This document shows positions 46,012 through 54,992 of a stretch of DNA of 64,000 nt, one piece after another (position 1 is the stretch's first letter; each line of letters opens with the position of its first letter). Source of the DNA: Planctomycetota bacterium. Its GTDB lineage: Bacteria; Planctomycetota; Phycisphaerae; UBA1845. The notes under the pieces are model-generated. The model had not been told where the DNA came from and did not search any database. It was given only the letters and a program-made list of their open reading frames with translations. Location of the stretch: assembly GCA_043803085.1 (NCBI GenBank), contig JAZDKM010000288.1:3063-67062 (forward strand). The letters run 5' to 3'. The position numbers were made by a program, and so were the translations under genes.

Positions 46012-49000
46012 ATGTTCGTAGCGAATAGATGGGGTGAAGAACATAGCGGATTCGCCGCATTGCGGTCCTGGTGTTCTTGGCGCCGGCACGGCGGGGCGGC
46101 CAGGGCGGGGCTGATCGGGCACGGCGTGCTCATGGCCTGCTGGACGCTGCTCAGCGCGCATCCTGCCGCGGCGGTGGGGCCCTGCGACTTGGATGCCAAC
46201 GGGACGACCACGGGCGAGGAGTGCCGGCAGTGTTGCGACGTCGACCCGGCCTGCCCCCTGGCCAGCGACCCGACGCTCTCCAGCCGAAGCCGGAGCCATC
46301 TGCCGGAGGATGAGATCGTTCTGACCCGCTCGTACACTCAGTGGCTGACTACCACTCACGCACTCACCATCCACGATGCCGACGATCTTCCAGGTGGGAA
46401 TCCGGAGCTTCCGGGCTATCCGAAGACCTCCGGGGATAAGCTATGGGCGGCGCTCGACTGCGGCGACTTCGACGGTGACGACGACGATGAGATCGTCATG
46501 GCGAAGTACAAGTTCTTTTTGCTTGAGGTAGACGGGATTTTTGTCCGCGACTATCTGGAAAGCGGCGCCGGCGCGTTCAGTTACGACGGCCCGAAACTGG
46601 ATGTGCTACTAGATGTAGCCGCCGGTGATTTCAACGGCGATGGGGATGACGAGATCGTAGTGGTTCGCCCCGACGGTATCTTGCTGAAACCGCAAGTGCG
46701 GATCATCGATCCCCTTGCCGGGCCGGCGGGAGCTTACGACGCTAGCAGTACCGATTGGGTCACCGGTCGATGGTTAACCTGGACCCGGGTCACGGCCGGC
46801 GACTTCGACGGCGACGGCGACGACGAGATCGTTCTGGTCGGCCCGGACCAATCCAACCCCTTCCGGACGGCTGTCTCAGTTATCGATCCCGGCGATCCAG
46901 GCCCCAACGGCTATCGCTGGACGGCCGATCCCGATATCGGCGACTGGCTAGGCGATGCCGCGACGGGAGATTTCGACGGAGACGGCGTCGATGAGTTGGC
47001 GGTCGTGCGTCCTTACGCTATTACTCAGATATACAAGCTACCCGTGAAGGGCTCCACTGGCCAGGCCCAGGGTGCCGCCACAGTTGAGTGGACGCGTGAA
47101 GATCCCAACATGTCCTATCTCGCCATCGGGGCGGGCGACCTCGATGGGGACGGCGACGCGGAACTCGTTCTTTCCCAGGTTTGGGATCGCGACTGGCCCG
47201 ACGGAGACCAGGTGGAATATCAGATTCTGGACGCCCTCGATCCCGACGCCCTGCCCTATCCCGCCAGGAATGTCCTGGTTCCCGAGCCTGACATCCCGTG
47301 GCATGATCTGGCCTTGGGTGATCTGAACGGCGACGGTTACCGGCTGGGATTGATCTGGAAGGACAGCTTTACTCAGGCAAGCTTCCCCACCGCCATCCTG
47401 TTTACGCCGCCGGCACTGGAGGGCGGCCACGTGGTCGGCGGAGATAGGGAAGCCATCGCCGGGGCGAAGTTCAGTCACCAGAAGGAATTGTCCTCGTCCA
47501 ACACGGTCAAGGTGGGTCTGGGCATATCCAACGAACTCGCTGTCGAGGGGGACCTCCAGGTCGCCAAGATCAAAGCTTCGGTGGAAGTGGCCTACAGACA
47601 CGAGCTTCAGAACACTCAGAACAACAAGAGCTGGGTAATCGAGGAAGCGCCGTATGATGCGGACCTGGCCAATCCCGTTGGCCTCGTAGTCTATCAGGAC
47701 ATTGACTATCGTTTGGAACGGTACCGCATCCTGTCCGGCAACCCGCCGCAACCTTTGCTCCTCGATGGAGAACCGCAGTGTGTGGAGTTTGTCTACCCCA
47801 CGCGGGTTCACGAGGGCACTGAGATCGGCTATGATGACTTCTTCTGGGGTGACACGGGCACCAATGGGCTGTTTTATGATACCTTTGGCGTCGAGACCGC
47901 CGATGCGCTGGTCGGGACTAGTGGTATCTGGACGGACTACGATAACCACACCGCGGGAGACCCCCTCTCCTATGCCGACAACGTTCTGGGCGGCGAGAGC
48001 GACCTCTTCGGCGTCAAGACGCAGACCATTTCCGAGCAGACCGAGATTGGGGCCGGCAGCGCACCCTTGATCTGGGAGATCGGGGAGAGTCAGCAGGATT
48101 GTACCCTGGAGACCAACAGTTGGAACGTAAAAGTCAAAGTGGGCGGCAGCGGCAAGTTGGGCCCCGTTTCCGTCTCCGACACGGTTACTCTGGGTTTCGA
48201 CTGGGCCACGTCGGAGGGACAATGCGCCGAGGACAAAACCCGGATTCAGGGCTCTTTGCGCATTAACCGGCTCAAGGATGACGACTTCGAATACCGCGAC
48301 ACCACGGAGTTCTTCTTGTCGCCCGATCCGGACGCCGAGGATGACTCCGGCCCGCCCGGGACGGTCATCATCGCTCATACCGCGGACCAGTTCGGGGTCG
48401 GTTACTGTAAGCCCCAGGCGAGCCTGAAGATAACCACCACACTGCCCGTGGACACGAACGAGGAAATCTGTTTTGACGCCTCGGATTCGACCGAACCGCA
48501 AGGCGAAAACCTGACCTACGCCTGGGATTGGAACTACAACGGCACGTTCACCGCCTCCCCGGGGGATACCGGTGAGACGGCCTGTCACACCTACGGCACA
48601 CCTGGGACCTATCGCGTCGCGGTGCGCGTCACGGATGCGGGCGGGAACGGCCTGTGTGATTCAGGCAGCGTTTCCCTTTCCGACTTGGCCGTGAGGGAGT
48701 TTGGCGTTGGCGGATGGGAATGCAAGACCTGCGATGACCTGAGCACCCCGTCCTGTGACGGCGATCAGACCATCAAGGCCTGTGTCAAGCTTGCCGAAGG
48801 CGTCGGAGGGGAATCCTGGACGACGAACCCGCACCTGGTGAGCAATCCCGATCCCAACCCCAATCCCCACCCGGGGAACTGTTATAGCAAGTTGGGCGTC
48901 TTCTTCGAGTTCGTCACGCCCTATCAAACGAGCGACGTGAGTCGCACGCGCATCGAAGCCACGTACGGCGATGACGACCTGACCGTGGGCAACAGCACCA

Positions 49001-52000
49001 TCGCGGAATACTCGATCATCATCATGCGTTACACCGCCGGCACCTGGGAGGCCCTCGGCGCGCCGGCTGACCGGTACGTCGACCCCGCCAACAATCGCGC
49101 GTGGGTCGAGACCAGTCTCCCGCTTCAACCGATTCAAGGGGTTTTCGGACTGTTCGGCAATGCCTACCCGGTGGCCGCTCTGACGGCATCGCCCTCGGGA
49201 CCGGTCTGCCCGGATGAGGAGATCACATTCGATGCCAATGGGAGCAGCGATCCTGAGGGCAGCGCGCTGACCTATCATTGGATCGTGGACGGTCTGGAGC
49301 AGGTGCTTCCCACCTCTTCCAAGATGATCACCCGTTCCTTCCGCAGTACCGGGAATCACTTCGTTCGCGTGAGCGTCGAGGACGCCTGTGAAGATGGCAA
49401 TCCCTTCACCGAGACGGGGCTGTCGGACGATGCTCTGGTCATCGTCACGGTCAAGGCCAATCAGCCGCCGAACATTCCGACTTTGGGCGACAATGATTAC
49501 CCGCGGTCGTTCGGGGCATACGACGCCGAGGGGGCCACCAGTATCACCGTGCAGTGGACGGACGGCGACCCGGACGTAGGCGATACCGTCCTTTCAGACG
49601 TGTTTCTGTCGGAGGGAACCAACTTCCAGGGCGTTGATCTGGACAATCCCCCGCCGAACGTGGACGTCGTCTCGGACACGCCGGGCACCTCCGCCGTCTT
49701 CAACGTGAGCGGCGCAGACAACAAATACTACTGGCGCGTCCGGGCCACCGACTCGTGCGACGACGAAACCCACAGCCACGTCGGCGAACGCAGTTGGAAC
49801 TTCAGCCTGGACAATACGCCGCCGGAGTGGTCCGACGCGGAGGGCATGCAGTTCGCCGTTCTGAACGTGAACTCCAACGGCCATACGATCACGTGCCGCT
49901 GGGAGCCGGCTTACGATCCATCGCAGCCGGTGACCTATGACCTCTACCGCGAGGCGGGATATCCTCTGATTTGGGGCAGTCCACTGGCTTCGGAGGTTTG
50001 CCCCGTGGAGGACGCCGGCAACACGTACTGGGCCCTGGGATGCGAGATGTCCGAGGTCAACCAGGGGACCCTCTACTCGGTGGGCGTCCGGTCCAAGGAC
50101 GCGACCGTCCCCTATCCGGGCGTAGCCAACGTGCAGCCCAACCGCGACGGGAACACGGTGTCCTTCGGCGTCTACGCCACCGCCGGTGACGGAGGCTTCG
50201 ACGGCGATCTGGACGATCTCGTCATCGACACGGAGGACTTGGTCAGCGACGACGGCGGGGGGACCTACACCTTCCACGGTTCCGTGACCATCTCTCCCGG
50301 CGACACGCTGACCATCCCCGCCGGCACCACGCTCAAATTCGCCCGGAACGTCTGCCTTAACGTCTATGGGACATTGATCGCGCATGGCACGGAGGAAGAC
50401 CCGATCATCTTCACCGGGGAACTGGCCCAGGACTGCTACTGGTACGGCATCACGGCTTCGTTCGATCAGAGCGGTGGAGCAGTCTTGGACCTGAAGTGGT
50501 GTAAGGTCCGCCGATCACGCGTGGGCATCCAAGCTTACCAGTCCGACGTAACGCTGGAAGACTGCGAAATCCAGGACAGTTGCGGGCGGGGTCTGATGAT
50601 GATCGGTGGGACCGTGAACGTCACCGGCGGGCGTATCCACCACAACAGCGGCAGTGGGATTGGCAGTTTCCATTCGGCCGGAGCCATCGCGGACTGCGAA
50701 ATCGACAACAACGGCGTGGACGGGATCGAAATCAGCAACGATCCGTCTGACCCGGTGGTTCTGATCATCGACGGCTGCCTGGTCCATGATAATACCGACG
50801 ACGGCATTGGCGTCAGCAATCCCAGCATCCAGAACTTCATCACCGACTGCCGAATCTATCAGAATGAAGACGCCGGGATCGAGATCAGCGAGTACTCCTG
50901 GGTGCAGCAGCCCGGCCCGGTCATCGACGGCAATCCGGAGATCAACACGAACAAGTATGGAATCGCCTGTTACAAAATGGCCCAGCCGATCGTGCGCCGC
51001 AGTGCCATACGCTTGAACTACGTCGCCGGCGTGTACACCAGCAACTCCATGCCCGACCTGGGCAATTGCAACAATGACGGGGCGTGCACGGCCGGCGAGG
51101 ATCCCGGAACCAACATCATCGCCTGGAACGGCCAGATGGAAGTTCTGGATGAGCAAGCCACGCTGAACATCTCCGCGGAGGGCAACTGGTGGGGCGTCAG
51201 TCCGCCGAACCCCGCGCTCATCGCCGCCAACGTGGACTTCAACCCGTGGCTGGCGGCGGCCCCCCAAGACGTGGGTGACCCCTCTGATCCGCAGGTGGGC
51301 AATCCTGGCTTCGAGGGCCTGATCGGGGTGGTGCCGGAGGGGTGGCGCTGGTTCCATAGCAGCAACCCCACCGGAGGTTTCGCTGTCACCCAAGCCCCAG
51401 GCGGGGCCCCGGAGGGTGTCAACGTGGTATTGCTGAATCGCAGTGATCCCGACGGCGATTCCGCCTTGGACAAGGATACGCCGGCGCTGCGCTTCCCCAT
51501 TGCGGCCGGGCGGGTGTACAAGCTCGAATACGCCGCCCAGGCATCTATGGCCGGGACCAATCACAGTGCCGCACTGCAGTGGTACGCCGGAACGGCGGAT
51601 GAAGAATTCATCGCCGACTCACCCGCCAATGTGCCCGACGCCCAGAGCAGTTGGGAGTACTTCGGCTTGTCCGCCCGAGCTCCGGCGGTGGCGCAAGGCG
51701 ACGCCGCGGACGCAACGTATGCCTCCATTGGCTTCTGGATCATCGGTACGGGTGAGACGCTTCTGGATGACGTGAGACTGGACGAAGTCACCTACAACCA
51801 GAATCGGCTGGTCAACGGCAGCTTTGACAACTCGGCCCTGCGGGCGGTGAATTGGAGCGTCTTCAATACCCCTCCCACAGGAGCGAACTACGTCGAACTC
51901 ATCACCACCCCGGGTATCGCCTACGAAGGGCCTTATGTGCTGCGTATGTACCGCGGCAGTGCCACGAGCGACTTCGGCATCCAGAGCAGCTCCGTCGCGG

Positions 52001-54204
52001 TCAAGCCGGCTGAAACCATCCAGGTGAGCCTGGCCGCCCGCCGGTATTCCTCCCTGGGTGGGTCCTCCCTCAAGCTGAAACTGACCGTGACGGAGTACGA
52101 TAGCGGGGCACCGGTCGGCGCGCAGGACGTACTCTTGGGCCCGCATGCCGTTCCCCCCGCAGCGTATCTGGAGTCCTCGGCCTCGTTTACGATGGGGGCC
52201 TCTACGGATGCCGTCACTTTGGCCATTCGGATCGTTAATTCCGCCGGCGCTCCGTCCGTGGGCGACTATCTCCTCGACGCGATTTCAGTCATCGTGCCGG
52301 CGAACGACTGCAACGGCAACGGGGCTGACGACGCCGACGACATCGCCGGGGGAGTCAGCCAGGACTGCAACGGCAACGGGACTCCCGACGAATGTGATAT
52401 TGTCTTTGGTAGCAGCAGCGATTGCCAACCCAACGGCATTCCCGACGATTGCGAGACCGACTGCAACAGTAACAACATCCCCGACGATTGCGACATCTCC
52501 GCCGGCCTCAGCTCGGACTGCCAGCGCAACGGCACGCCCGACGAGTGTGAGCCGGATTGCGACGGCGACGACATACCCGACGGCTGCGAGATCGACTGCG
52601 ATCTGAATGGCACACCCGACGATTGCGAGACCGTGCCGGACTGCAACACCAACGGTCGCTCCGACGTGTGCGACGTCGGGTGGGGTTTCTCCCTCGATCT
52701 CAACGGCAACGGGGTCCCGGACGAATGCGAGCCGGACTGCAACACCAACGGCCAGCCTGATGATTATGACATCTCTTCGGGAGTCAGTACCGACTGCGAC
52801 GGCAACGGAACGCCGGATCTGTGCGATTTGCAGAGCGGCGGTCCGGACTGCAACAGTAATGGCTGGCTTGATGCGTGCGACCTGGCCGGCAATGACTGCG
52901 ACTCCAACGGACAACCGGACGAATGCCAGGCGGACGCAGACGGGGATCTGGTGCCCGATCCCTGCGACGTGTGCCCGGGTTTCAATGATGCCGACGACAC
53001 TGACGGAGACGGCATCCCGGACGCTTGCGACCGATTGGGCGACGTAGATCACGACAGCGACATCGATCTGGACGACTACAGCAGTCTCTCCGCCTGTCTG
53101 GGCGGCCCCGGCGTGTCGGCGCCCCCCCAAGGATGCGCGCCTGGCGAGTTCGCCTCGGCCGACCTCGACGGCGACGGGGATGTGGATCTCGGCGACTTCG
53201 CCTTGCTCCAGCAGGTGTTCACCGGGGCATGCGGGAACGGATTCCTCGAGGGTGCTGAGGAGTGCGACGACGGCGGCGAATCCGTTTCCTGTGACATCAA
53301 CTGCACGGCCGCGTGGTGCGGGGACGGCACAGTGAACGCGACGTCGGGCGAAGCATGCGACGCGGGCGGCGAATCGCCCACCTGCGACACCGACTGCACG
53401 TTCGCGTCCTGCGGCGACGGCACCCTTAACGCAACCGCAGGTGAAGAATGCGATGCCGGCGGCGAATCGGCCACCTGTGACATCGACTGCACGGCCGCCG
53501 TGTGCGGCGACGGCACGCTCAACGTGACCGCCGGTGAGGAGTGTGACGACGGCGGAGAGTCGGCCACGTGCGATGCCAACTGCACTTTCGCCGTGTGCGG
53601 CGACGGCACGCTCAACGTGACCGCCGGTGAGGAGTGTGACGACGGCGGAGAGTCGGCCACGTGCGATGCCAATTGCACCTTCGCCTCCTGCGGTGACGGC
53701 ACGCTCAACCCCACGGCCGGTGAGCAATGCGACGACGGCAACCAGATCGACGGCGATGGCTGCTCCTCCACCTGCCAGATCGAAGCACAGCCGCTGCCGG
53801 AGTGCGTCATTCCATTCGGACCGGGGCCGGGGTGGTGTCCGAATATCGCGCCGGTGTGCGGCGCCCTATTTGCTCCTGGCGGAGGAGACTGTGTGGAGTA
53901 CCAGCCCTGCGCCACCACGCCGCCGTTTGCGTATCGCGTGGAGGCCCCGTTCGTCATTGCGCTGGGGGGCGACTTGAACCGGCTTTCCGTCATGTTCTCG
54001 GGCTTCCAAGGCACCCAGGGCGTCATGCAGTTCTTTGATGCCTTGGGAGCGGAGGTGGGCCCGCCGCTGTTCACCAACGGCGATTGCCAATCCGGGCCGC
54101 CGCTGCCTCAATACGTCATCTTCAGCCGATCCGTACGGACCATCCAGGTGACGGCCATGGGCGGGCCGGTCTGGATCGACACGTTCCACGTAAACCCGCC
54201 GTAG
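46012..54204 (+). CDS. giant (~2,730 aa) secreted multidomain surface protein: FG-GAP/VCBS propeller, PKD x2, parallel beta-helix, CBM4_9-like x2, ~15 'DCNxNGxPDxCD' repeats, dockerin-like EF-hand pair, ~6 DUF4215-type Cys-rich repeats, unknown C-terminal domain
   Basis: ATG at 46012 lies 8 nt after GAAGGGAGG. Six or more 'GDFDGDGDDEIV' repeats span 46.4-47.4 kb. PKD-like 'FDASDS...LTYAWDW...GTYRVAVRVTD' and a second copy are present. PbH1-like 'NSGSGIG...NNGVDGIEIS...DNTDDGIGVS...NEDAGIEIS' spans about 50.5-51.0 kb. The Cys/Asp repeats span 52.3-53.0 kb, and 'CGDGTLN.TAGEECDDGGES.TCD..CT' repeats span 53.2-53.8 kb. Confidence 0.9.
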   Translation: MFVANRWGEEHSGFAALRSWCSWRRHGGAARAGLIGHGVLMACWTLLSAHPAAAVGPCDLDANGTTTGEECRQCCDVDPACPLASDPTLSSRSRSHLPEDEIVLTRSYTQWLTTTHALTIHDADDLPGGNPELPGYPKTSGDKLWAALDCGDFDGDDDDEIVMAKYKFFLLEVDGIFVRDYLESGAGAFSYDGPKLDVLLDVAAGDFNGDGDDEIVVVRPDGILLKPQVRIIDPLAGPAGAYDASSTDWVTGRWLTWTRVTAGDFDGDGDDEIVLVGPDQSNPFRTAVSVIDPGDPGPNGYRWTADPDIGDWLGDAATGDFDGDGVDELAVVRPYAITQIYKLPVKGSTGQAQGAATVEWTREDPNMSYLAIGAGDLDGDGDAELVLSQVWDRDWPDGDQVEYQILDALDPDALPYPARNVLVPEPDIPWHDLALGDLNGDGYRLGLIWKDSFTQASFPTAILFTPPALEGGHVVGGDREAIAGAKFSHQKELSSSNTVKVGLGISNELAVEGDLQVAKIKASVEVAYRHELQNTQNNKSWVIEEAPYDADLANPVGLVVYQDIDYRLERYRILSGNPPQPLLLDGEPQCVEFVYPTRVHEGTEIGYDDFFWGDTGTNGLFYDTFGVETADALVGTSGIWTDYDNHTAGDPLSYADNVLGGESDLFGVKTQTISEQTEIGAGSAPLIWEIGESQQDCTLETNSWNVKVKVGGSGKLGPVSVSDTVTLGFDWATSEGQCAEDKTRIQGSLRINRLKDDDFEYRDTTEFFLSPDPDAEDDSGPPGTVIIAHTADQFGVGYCKPQASLKITTTLPVDTNEEICFDASDSTEPQGENLTYAWDWNYNGTFTASPGDTGETACHTYGTPGTYRVAVRVTDAGGNGLCDSGSVSLSDLAVREFGVGGWECKTCDDLSTPSCDGDQTIKACVKLAEGVGGESWTTNPHLVSNPDPNPNPHPGNCYSKLGVFFEFVTPYQTSDVSRTRIEATYGDDDLTVGNSTIAEYSIIIMRYTAGTWEALGAPADRYVDPANNRAWVETSLPLQPIQGVFGLFGNAYPVAALTASPSGPVCPDEEITFDANGSSDPEGSALTYHWIVDGLEQVLPTSSKMITRSFRSTGNHFVRVSVEDACEDGNPFTETGLSDDALVIVTVKANQPPNIPTLGDNDYPRSFGAYDAEGATSITVQWTDGDPDVGDTVLSDVFLSEGTNFQGVDLDNPPPNVDVVSDTPGTSAVFNVSGADNKYYWRVRATDSCDDETHSHVGERSWNFSLDNTPPEWSDAEGMQFAVLNVNSNGHTITCRWEPAYDPSQPVTYDLYREAGYPLIWGSPLASEVCPVEDAGNTYWALGCEMSEVNQGTLYSVGVRSKDATVPYPGVANVQPNRDGNTVSFGVYATAGDGGFDGDLDDLVIDTEDLVSDDGGGTYTFHGSVTISPGDTLTIPAGTTLKFARNVCLNVYGTLIAHGTEEDPIIFTGELAQDCYWYGITASFDQSGGAVLDLKWCKVRRSRVGIQAYQSDVTLEDCEIQDSCGRGLMMIGGTVNVTGGRIHHNSGSGIGSFHSAGAIADCEIDNNGVDGIEISNDPSDPVVLIIDGCLVHDNTDDGIGVSNPSIQNFITDCRIYQNEDAGIEISEYSWVQQPGPVIDGNPEINTNKYGIACYKMAQPIVRRSAIRLNYVAGVYTSNSMPDLGNCNNDGACTAGEDPGTNIIAWNGQMEVLDEQATLNISAEGNWWGVSPPNPALIAANVDFNPWLAAAPQDVGDPSDPQVGNPGFEGLIGVVPEGWRWFHSSNPTGGFAVTQAPGGAPEGVNVVLLNRSDPDGDSALDKDTPALRFPIAAGRVYKLEYAAQASMAGTNHSAALQWYAGTADEEFIADSPANVPDAQSSWEYFGLSARAPAVAQGDAADATYASIGFWIIGTGETLLDDVRLDEVTYNQNRLVNGSFDNSALRAVNWSVFNTPPTGANYVELITTPGIAYEGPYVLRMYRGSATSDFGIQSSSVAVKPAETIQVSLAARRYSSLGGSSLKLKLTVTEYDSGAPVGAQDVLLGPHAVPPAAYLESSASFTMGASTDAVTLAIRIVNSAGAPSVGDYLLDAISVIVPANDCNGNGADDADDIAGGVSQDCNGNGTPDECDIVFGSSSDCQPNGIPDDCETDCNSNNIPDDCDISAGLSSDCQRNGTPDECEPDCDGDDIPDGCEIDCDLNGTPDDCETVPDCNTNGRSDVCDVGWGFSLDLNGNGVPDECEPDCNTNGQPDDYDISSGVSTDCDGNGTPDLCDLQSGGPDCNSNGWLDACDLAGNDCDSNGQPDECQADADGDLVPDPCDVCPGFNDADDTDGDGIPDACDRLGDVDHDSDIDLDDYSSLSACLGGPGVSAPPQGCAPGEFASADLDGDGDVDLGDFALLQQVFTGACGNGFLEGAEECDDGGESVSCDINCTAAWCGDGTVNATSGEACDAGGESPTCDTDCTFASCGDGTLNATAGEECDAGGESATCDIDCTAAVCGDGTLNVTAGEECDDGGESATCDANCTFAVCGDGTLNVTAGEECDDGGESATCDANCTFASCGDGTLNPTAGEQCDDGNQIDGDGCSSTCQIEAQPLPECVIPFGPGPGWCPNIAPVCGALFAPGGGDCVEYQPCATTPPFAYRVEAPFVIALGGDLNRLSVMFSGFQGTQGVMQFFDALGAEVGPPLFTNGDCQSGPPLPQYVIFSRSVRTIQVTAMGGPVWIDTFHVNPP
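53497..53682 (+). repeat. two near-identical 93-bp tandem units inside the giant gene
   Basis: 53497-53589 and 53590-53682 are identical over the first 81 nt and differ by 2 substitutions in the last 12. Each encodes AVCGDGTLNVTAGEECDDGGESATCDANCTF. Confidence 0.9.
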
Positions 54205-54241
54205 GACCTGCCGAAAGGGTCTGACCAACGTTATCGGCCAA

Positions 54242-54267
54242 GGGCCGCCCCTCGCGGGCGGCCCTTT
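54242..54267 (+). terminator. putative intrinsic terminator after the giant gene
   Basis: GGGCCGCCC-CTCGC-GGGCGGCCC 9-bp GC stem followed by TTT, 38 nt after the stop codon. The T-tract is short. Confidence 0.55.
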
Positions 54268-54400
54268 CCGTTGCGCACGTGTCAATAACTCCACCGCCCA
54301 CGTCTATTCATCTACGGAGGAGACCGCGATGCACTTATCGGTCGAGACAAGACTCCAGCCCGTTCGGCGGGTAGAATCCGTAGGGAAAAAGGCCGTCGCC

Positions 54401-54976
54401 ATGATGCCGACGCGTTCCAGTCTGTTGCTGCGTATCAAACGGGCCGATGATTCGGTCGCGTGGCTGGAGTTCGACCGTCTTTACCGCCCGCTGATGTTTC
54501 GCTACGCTCGGGCCTGGGGGGTGAGTCACGAGGACGCCGAAGACATCGTACAGCAGTGCATGACCACGATCACCCGCAACATCTCCCACTTTGCCTACTC
54601 ACGTGAGAAGGGCGGGTTCAAGGCCTGGCTGCGCACCACCGTGGACAACGCGGTCAAGAACCACTTTCGCAAGCGCGGCATGGTGCAGGCCAAGACCGCC
54701 CAACTCGCGGCCACGCCGGCGCCGGAAGAATCCCCGGCGGAACTGTGGGAGACCCATTGGGAGCAGGAACACCTTTCATTCTGTCTGGAGCAGTGCCGAA
54801 CGGAAGTGACCGCCCAAACCTTCCAGGCGTTCCACTTGTACGTGCTCGAGGAATGGGCACCGGAGAAGGTGGCCGAGGCGGTGAATGTGTCCGTGGACAA
54901 GGTCTATCGCGCCAAAGCGCGCGTATTGAGGCGGGTACGCGAGAAGATGGCCGAGGTCGTCGCCGCCACGGAGTAG
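54401..54976 (+). CDS. ECF-type sigma factor (kinase-associated type)
   Basis: 'SSLLLRIKRADDSVAWLEFDRLYRPLMFRYA...EDAEDIVQQCM' (region 2) and 'VAEAVNVSVDKVYRAKARVLRRVREKM' (region 4). Start taken at the ATG at 54401; the track ORF starts at 54329. Confidence 0.85.
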   Translation: MMPTRSSLLLRIKRADDSVAWLEFDRLYRPLMFRYARAWGVSHEDAEDIVQQCMTTITRNISHFAYSREKGGFKAWLRTTVDNAVKNHFRKRGMVQAKTAQLAATPAPEESPAELWETHWEQEHLSFCLEQCRTEVTAQTFQAFHLYVLEEWAPEKVAEAVNVSVDKVYRAKARVLRRVREKMAEVVAATE

Positions 54977-54992
54977 CCTCCTGAAGCTGGGC

